A stretch of 64,000 nt of DNA from Candidatus Multivoradales bacterium (lineage in GTDB: Bacteria; Acidobacteriota; Thermoanaerobaculia; Multivoradales; JAHEKO01). Made by a program: the position numbers and the translations under genes. Below the pieces are notes generated by a model. That model saw only the letters and a list, made by a program, of their open reading frames with translations, did not search any database and was not told the origin of the DNA. Shown here one piece after another: positions 60,388-64,000 of this stretch (the first letter of the stretch is position 1; the number at the start of each line of letters is the position of its first letter). The DNA is taken from positions 1,152,001-1,216,000 of the forward strand of contig CBDCVR010000014.1 of assembly GCA_965223155.1 (NCBI GenBank). Reading direction: 5' to 3'.

Positions 60388-61368
60388 ATGCAAGAAACCG
60401 TTCGCGTCGCCATCACTGGAGCCGCCGGCAACATCGGCTACCAGCTCTGCTTTCGCATTGCGGCGGGCGACATGTTGGGACCGGATCAGCCGGTACGGTT
60501 GCAGCTCATCGAGATCCCTCCGGCTTTGGACGCCCTCCAAGGCGTCGTCATGGAGCTCAAGGACGGCGCCTTTCCGCTTCTGGATGGCGTGGTGGCCACG
60601 TCGGACTACGAAGAGGGATTTGCGGAGGCCGATTACGCCATCCTGGTGGGCGCCAAGCCGCGCGGCAAGGGCATGGAGCGCAAGGATCTTCTGGCCGACA
60701 ACGGTAAGATCTTCGGCCCGCAGGGCAAGGCGATCAACGACCACGCCGCCCGCTCCGTCCGGGTGCTGGTGGTGGGCAATCCGGCCAACACGAATTGCCT
60801 GATCGCCCAATCGGCCGCTCCGGACCTCGATCCGCGCCAGTTCACGGCGATGACCCGCCTGGATCACAACCGCTCGCTCAGCCAGCTCGCGGACAAGACC
60901 GGCGCCCACGTCGCGGGCATCAAGAAGATGACGATCTGGGGCAACCATTCGGCGACCCAGTATCCGGACGTCTCGCACGTGGAAATCGAAGGCCGGCCGG
61001 CCTTCGAGCTGATCGATCGGGACTGGTACGCGAGCGAGTTCATCCCCACCGTGCAGCAGCGCGGAGCCGCCATCATCAAAGCGCGAGGCGCGTCCTCGGC
61101 GGCGTCGGCGGCGTCGGCGGCGATCGACCACATCCGCTCATGGGCCCTGGGCACGCCCGAGGGCGACTGGGTGAGTATGGCGGTGCCGGCGGACGGCAGC
61201 TACGGCATCGAGCCCGGCATCGTCTACTCCTATCCGTGCACCACGAGCGGCGGCGGCTACGAGATCGTTCAAGGCTTGGAGGTCGACGCCTTCAGCCGCG
61301 AGCGCATGGACGCAACCGAGGCCGAGCTGCGCGAAGAGCGCGCGGCGGTCGAAGACCTCCTCGGCTGA
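60388..61368 (+). CDS. mdh: Malate dehydrogenase
   Basis: [57 protein letters not shown]. Confidence 0.97.
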   Translation: MQETVRVAITGAAGNIGYQLCFRIAAGDMLGPDQPVRLQLIEIPPALDALQGVVMELKDGAFPLLDGVVATSDYEEGFAEADYAILVGAKPRGKGMERKDLLADNGKIFGPQGKAINDHAARSVRVLVVGNPANTNCLIAQSAAPDLDPRQFTAMTRLDHNRSLSQLADKTGAHVAGIKKMTIWGNHSATQYPDVSHVEIEGRPAFELIDRDWYASEFIPTVQQRGAAIIKARGASSAASAASAAIDHIRSWALGTPEGDWVSMAVPADGSYGIEPGIVYSYPCTTSGGGYEIVQGLEVDAFSRERMDATEAELREERAAVEDLLG

Positions 61369-61375
61369 TTCTGCC

Positions 61376-62056
61376 GTGCGCGGCGAAGGCGTCATCAAGT
61401 TCTCCTTCGAGCACCAACCGGATCGTCTCGACTCCTCCCAGCTTCTGGACCTCGTCTGCCCGCTCATCGCGTGGCGGGAGATCCTGTCCCTGACCCGGCT
61501 CGTGGGCCAGGATCGCGACCGTTACGAAGGCGCCGGATACGGCAACGTGAGCGTGCGCGTCGGGCGTCCGGGCAAGGGCCTCGGGCGGCGGAGCTTCCTC
61601 ATCACCGGCACCCAGACCTCGGGCAAGCGCTGCGTCGGCCTTCCTGACTTCTGCATCGTCGAGCGCTACGAACTGGAGCGGAACCACCTGGTGAGCCGCG
61701 GACCGGTCAAGCCTTCGTCCGAGTCCCTGACCCACGGCGCCGTCTACGACTTGGGGCCACACATCCGGTGCGTTCTCCACGCCCACACCCCGGCGCTCTG
61801 GGCCCGGCGGCTAGACCTGGGGCTGCCCGAGACCGCGCCCGAGGTCGAGTACGGCACGCCGGCCATGGCTCGCGAGGTCCAGCGCCTCTACCGCGAGGGC
61901 CTGCTGGCCGAGCGCCGCATCCTGGCCATGGGCGGCCATGAGGACGGCATCGTGGCCTTCGGCCGAAGCCCCGACGAAGCCGGCGGCACCTTGATCCAAT
62001 GGCTGGCGCGAGCCTATGAGGCCGACTGCCGTCCCGGCGCCACCCTCTGCACCTGA
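61376..62056 (+). CDS. Class II aldolase/adducin family protein
   Basis: GYGNVS, PSSESLTHGAVY, HAH, YGTP, MGGHEDG. Confidence 0.85.
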   Translation: MRGEGVIKFSFEHQPDRLDSSQLLDLVCPLIAWREILSLTRLVGQDRDRYEGAGYGNVSVRVGRPGKGLGRRSFLITGTQTSGKRCVGLPDFCIVERYELERNHLVSRGPVKPSSESLTHGAVYDLGPHIRCVLHAHTPALWARRLDLGLPETAPEVEYGTPAMAREVQRLYREGLLAERRILAMGGHEDGIVAFGRSPDEAGGTLIQWLARAYEADCRPGATLCT

Positions 62057-62073
62057 CCGCGCCGTACCGGAAG

Positions 62074-63342
62074 CTAGGGTGAGCCCGCGGTCAGGAGCTC
62101 GACCTCGAGCTTTCGACCGGCCCGATCCAAGGTAACGATGACCCGGCTTTCGGGCTTCCGCAGCCAACTCCGAACCCCGTCCAGCCCAAGCTCCGCGACC
62201 GGTCTGCCGTCGATCGCCACCAGGCGGTCGCCCAGCTCGATTCCTGCCCGCTCCGCGGGGCTCCCGGGCGCCACCGCCAGGGCCCGGATGCGGTCGAAAT
62301 CCTCGCCCTCGGAGGTCAAGAACAACCCCGAGGCATCCCACCGGATGGGCTCGTCCGCTAGCGCCGAGGGCTCCAGGATGAGGCGGCCGCGGGAGGCGTC
62401 GAAGATCGCGCGGAAACGCTCCAGGATGGCCGCTCCCAAAATCCCGTCGCGGTCGGGATTGCCATAGGCGCCGCGAGCGTCGGTGGGCGCGAGGGTCACC
62501 GGCAGGTCCTCGAGCTCGAGGCCGCCGAACTCCAATCCATCCAGAATCGCCAGATAGTGGCGAACCTCCCCGCCCACGCCGACGCCAACCGTCGTCAGCA
62601 CCTCGGCACCGACAAGCTCGCGCAGTTCATGCTTGTCTAGGAAAGGAGCCGAAAACCCGACCGTGCCGCGCGCGCCGGTGTCGACAATGAGCTCCGCCGG
62701 GAACCGCTGGCCGCCCGCCGCTACCGTCGCCTGGACCCGCCACTTGGCGTTGGCGTCCAGCCGCACCGGGAGCACCACGCCGCCGCCCGAGTACTCGAAG
62801 GTCTCGGGCTCGTGCAGGGTCATCGTCCGGTTCGGGTAATCGACGTCCACGACGAAGCGGCGGAAGAGGTCGGCACCGAGGAGACCCGACGAAGGATGGC
62901 CGTTGGCCCCCTGGGTGTTGCGCTCGAGGACCGCCACGGGACGCGAAGCCAGCTCGACGCCGGGTAGCCGCATGGCCGGCGCTCGCGCGAACGCAAATCG
63001 GAACTCGCCGCCACCCGCAGCTCCGTCGGCCGTTCCCCCGCCCCGCAGCTCGAGTCCCAGCCGCTCGGCGAGATCCCGGTCCAAGATCGAGACGTTGGCG
63101 CCGCTGTCGAGAAGGAGCCAGACCTCGCTGCCATCTTCGAGCTCGGCGCGAACGTGGACCTTGCCCGACGCCAGGCGGATGGGCATGGTCGCCGCCCGGG
63201 CGCTGGCTTCGGAGCCGGCACCGACTTCGAACTCGGCCTCGAGAGTGAAGTCCTGACCCAGAAGCGGATCGGAACCGAACCCTCCGAGCCCGGCAAAACC
63301 CACTCCGCCAAAGATGGCCAGAACGCGAATGATCGACTGCAT
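62074..63342 (-). CDS. Secreted aspartyl protease (two retropepsin domains) with C-terminal PDZ
   Basis: LLDSGA, GLLGADL, IVDTGA, GILGA, GSPAERAGIELGD; ATG 63342. Confidence 0.85.
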   Translation of the reverse strand: MQSIIRVLAIFGGVGFAGLGGFGSDPLLGQDFTLEAEFEVGAGSEASARAATMPIRLASGKVHVRAELEDGSEVWLLLDSGANVSILDRDLAERLGLELRGGGTADGAAGGGEFRFAFARAPAMRLPGVELASRPVAVLERNTQGANGHPSSGLLGADLFRRFVVDVDYPNRTMTLHEPETFEYSGGGVVLPVRLDANAKWRVQATVAAGGQRFPAELIVDTGARGTVGFSAPFLDKHELRELVGAEVLTTVGVGVGGEVRHYLAILDGLEFGGLELEDLPVTLAPTDARGAYGNPDRDGILGAAILERFRAIFDASRGRLILEPSALADEPIRWDASGLFLTSEGEDFDRIRALAVAPGSPAERAGIELGDRLVAIDGRPVAELGLDGVRSWLRKPESRVIVTLDRAGRKLEVELLTAGSP

Positions 63343-63475
63343 GGAACTCTCCCTGTCGTTCTTTGGACACGGGTGGCCAAGACCCGGTTCCCGGCGTGAA
63401 ACGCGAACTTCTTCGCATCGAATACCATGCAAGGTGGACTCGGTGCCCCTCAGCTACACCGGTGTCCCATAGACG

Positions 63476-64000
63476 ATGGGCTCGCTTCTCTATAAGTCTC
63501 CGAAGAGCACGGTCTACTCTCTCGAGTCGATCGAGGGTCTTCTGGCGGCGGCCCAGGCGAACTGGCCGGAAGGCTTCATGCCGTTTTCGACCGGGGCGCC
63601 CGCGTACGTCGAATTCAAGTTCAAGAAGGCACTCCCGCGCCTCGACCTCTCCGACCATCTGCACCTGAAGAAACTCTGGGTCTCGGTCTTTGCCCCGAAA
63701 TCGGCCGACCTGAGTGACCTGGTCCTCCGGCTTGGCAGGGAGCGGCCCGGCAACTGGCCAAGTTCCGCCGAACTGAGTGCCTCTACCAGAGTCGCCACTC
63801 TCCCAGAGCACAAGCCGACCACCGGGAGCGTGATCAAAGTCAGGTTCATCGGCGATCCGGAGCGGGACATCTCGTTCGGCATCGATTCAGGCCTCGTCCC
63901 GAGCGCCAAAGATTCGGCCGACTGGCTCGCGGGGGCCGCGGAAGCCGTCGGTCTGCCGTGGACGATCGATTGGCTCGACGACGAAACCTATTACGCTTCC
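63476..64000 (+). CDS. Hypothetical protein, partial (runs off window)
   Basis: Open frame from ATG 63476 (MGSLLYKSPK...) for 175 codons to the window end. Confidence 0.5.
   Translation, partial: MGSLLYKSPKSTVYSLESIEGLLAAAQANWPEGFMPFSTGAPAYVEFKFKKALPRLDLSDHLHLKKLWVSVFAPKSADLSDLVLRLGRERPGNWPSSAELSASTRVATLPEHKPTTGSVIKVRFIGDPERDISFGIDSGLVPSAKDSADWLAGAAEAVGLPWTIDWLDDETYYAS

Noticed and set aside
26587-64000. attR copy of the tRNA-Arg 3' end, or an integrase or prophage
   Set aside because: Only a short CTCGGTGC match near 63439 was noticed; no recombinase or phage genes, so no intact mobile element is called.

Overview
GC-rich (roughly two-thirds G+C by eye) bacterial chromosome segment. Gene content (futalosine MqnE, MglA/MglB, TonB C-terminal domain, lipoproteins ending in LRALGY) suggests a diderm such as an Acidobacteriota/Thermoanaerobaculia-like organism; this is inference only. 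Main blocks: (1) envelope genes truA-uppS-cdsA-rseP-[Cys-less peroxiredoxin-like]-PASTA protein, with no dxr; (2) divergent GT-C/GT2 glycosyltransferases, the GT2 split by a 1-nt homopolymer frameshift; (3) a tightly packed minus-strand run mglB-mglA-HTH/TPR-yvcK-glmU-glmS-pcrA; (4) glpD, NYN-LOTUS, ubiX-mqnE-deoxynucleoside kinase-thiG-GT87, a phosphodiesterase; (5) tRNA-Arg(ACG) followed by a lower-GC accessory patch; (6) DUF432-mscS and a DUF4760-like gene with a consensus promoter and structured leader; (7) an anthraniloyl/salicylyl-CoA (abm-like) catabolic cluster with an added creatininase-family gene; (8) a two-permease RND system; (9) ychF-like, orphan parA, DUF2461; (10) an ArsC-family selenoprotein missed by the ORF track (in-frame UGA in UxxC plus a SECIS-like hairpin), a sigma54-preceded stand-alone Clp D2 ATPase, a TonB fusion, mdh, a class II aldolase and a PDZ aspartyl protease. 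No CRISPR array, rRNA, integrase or transposase was seen. All calls come from motif reading; no database searches were run.
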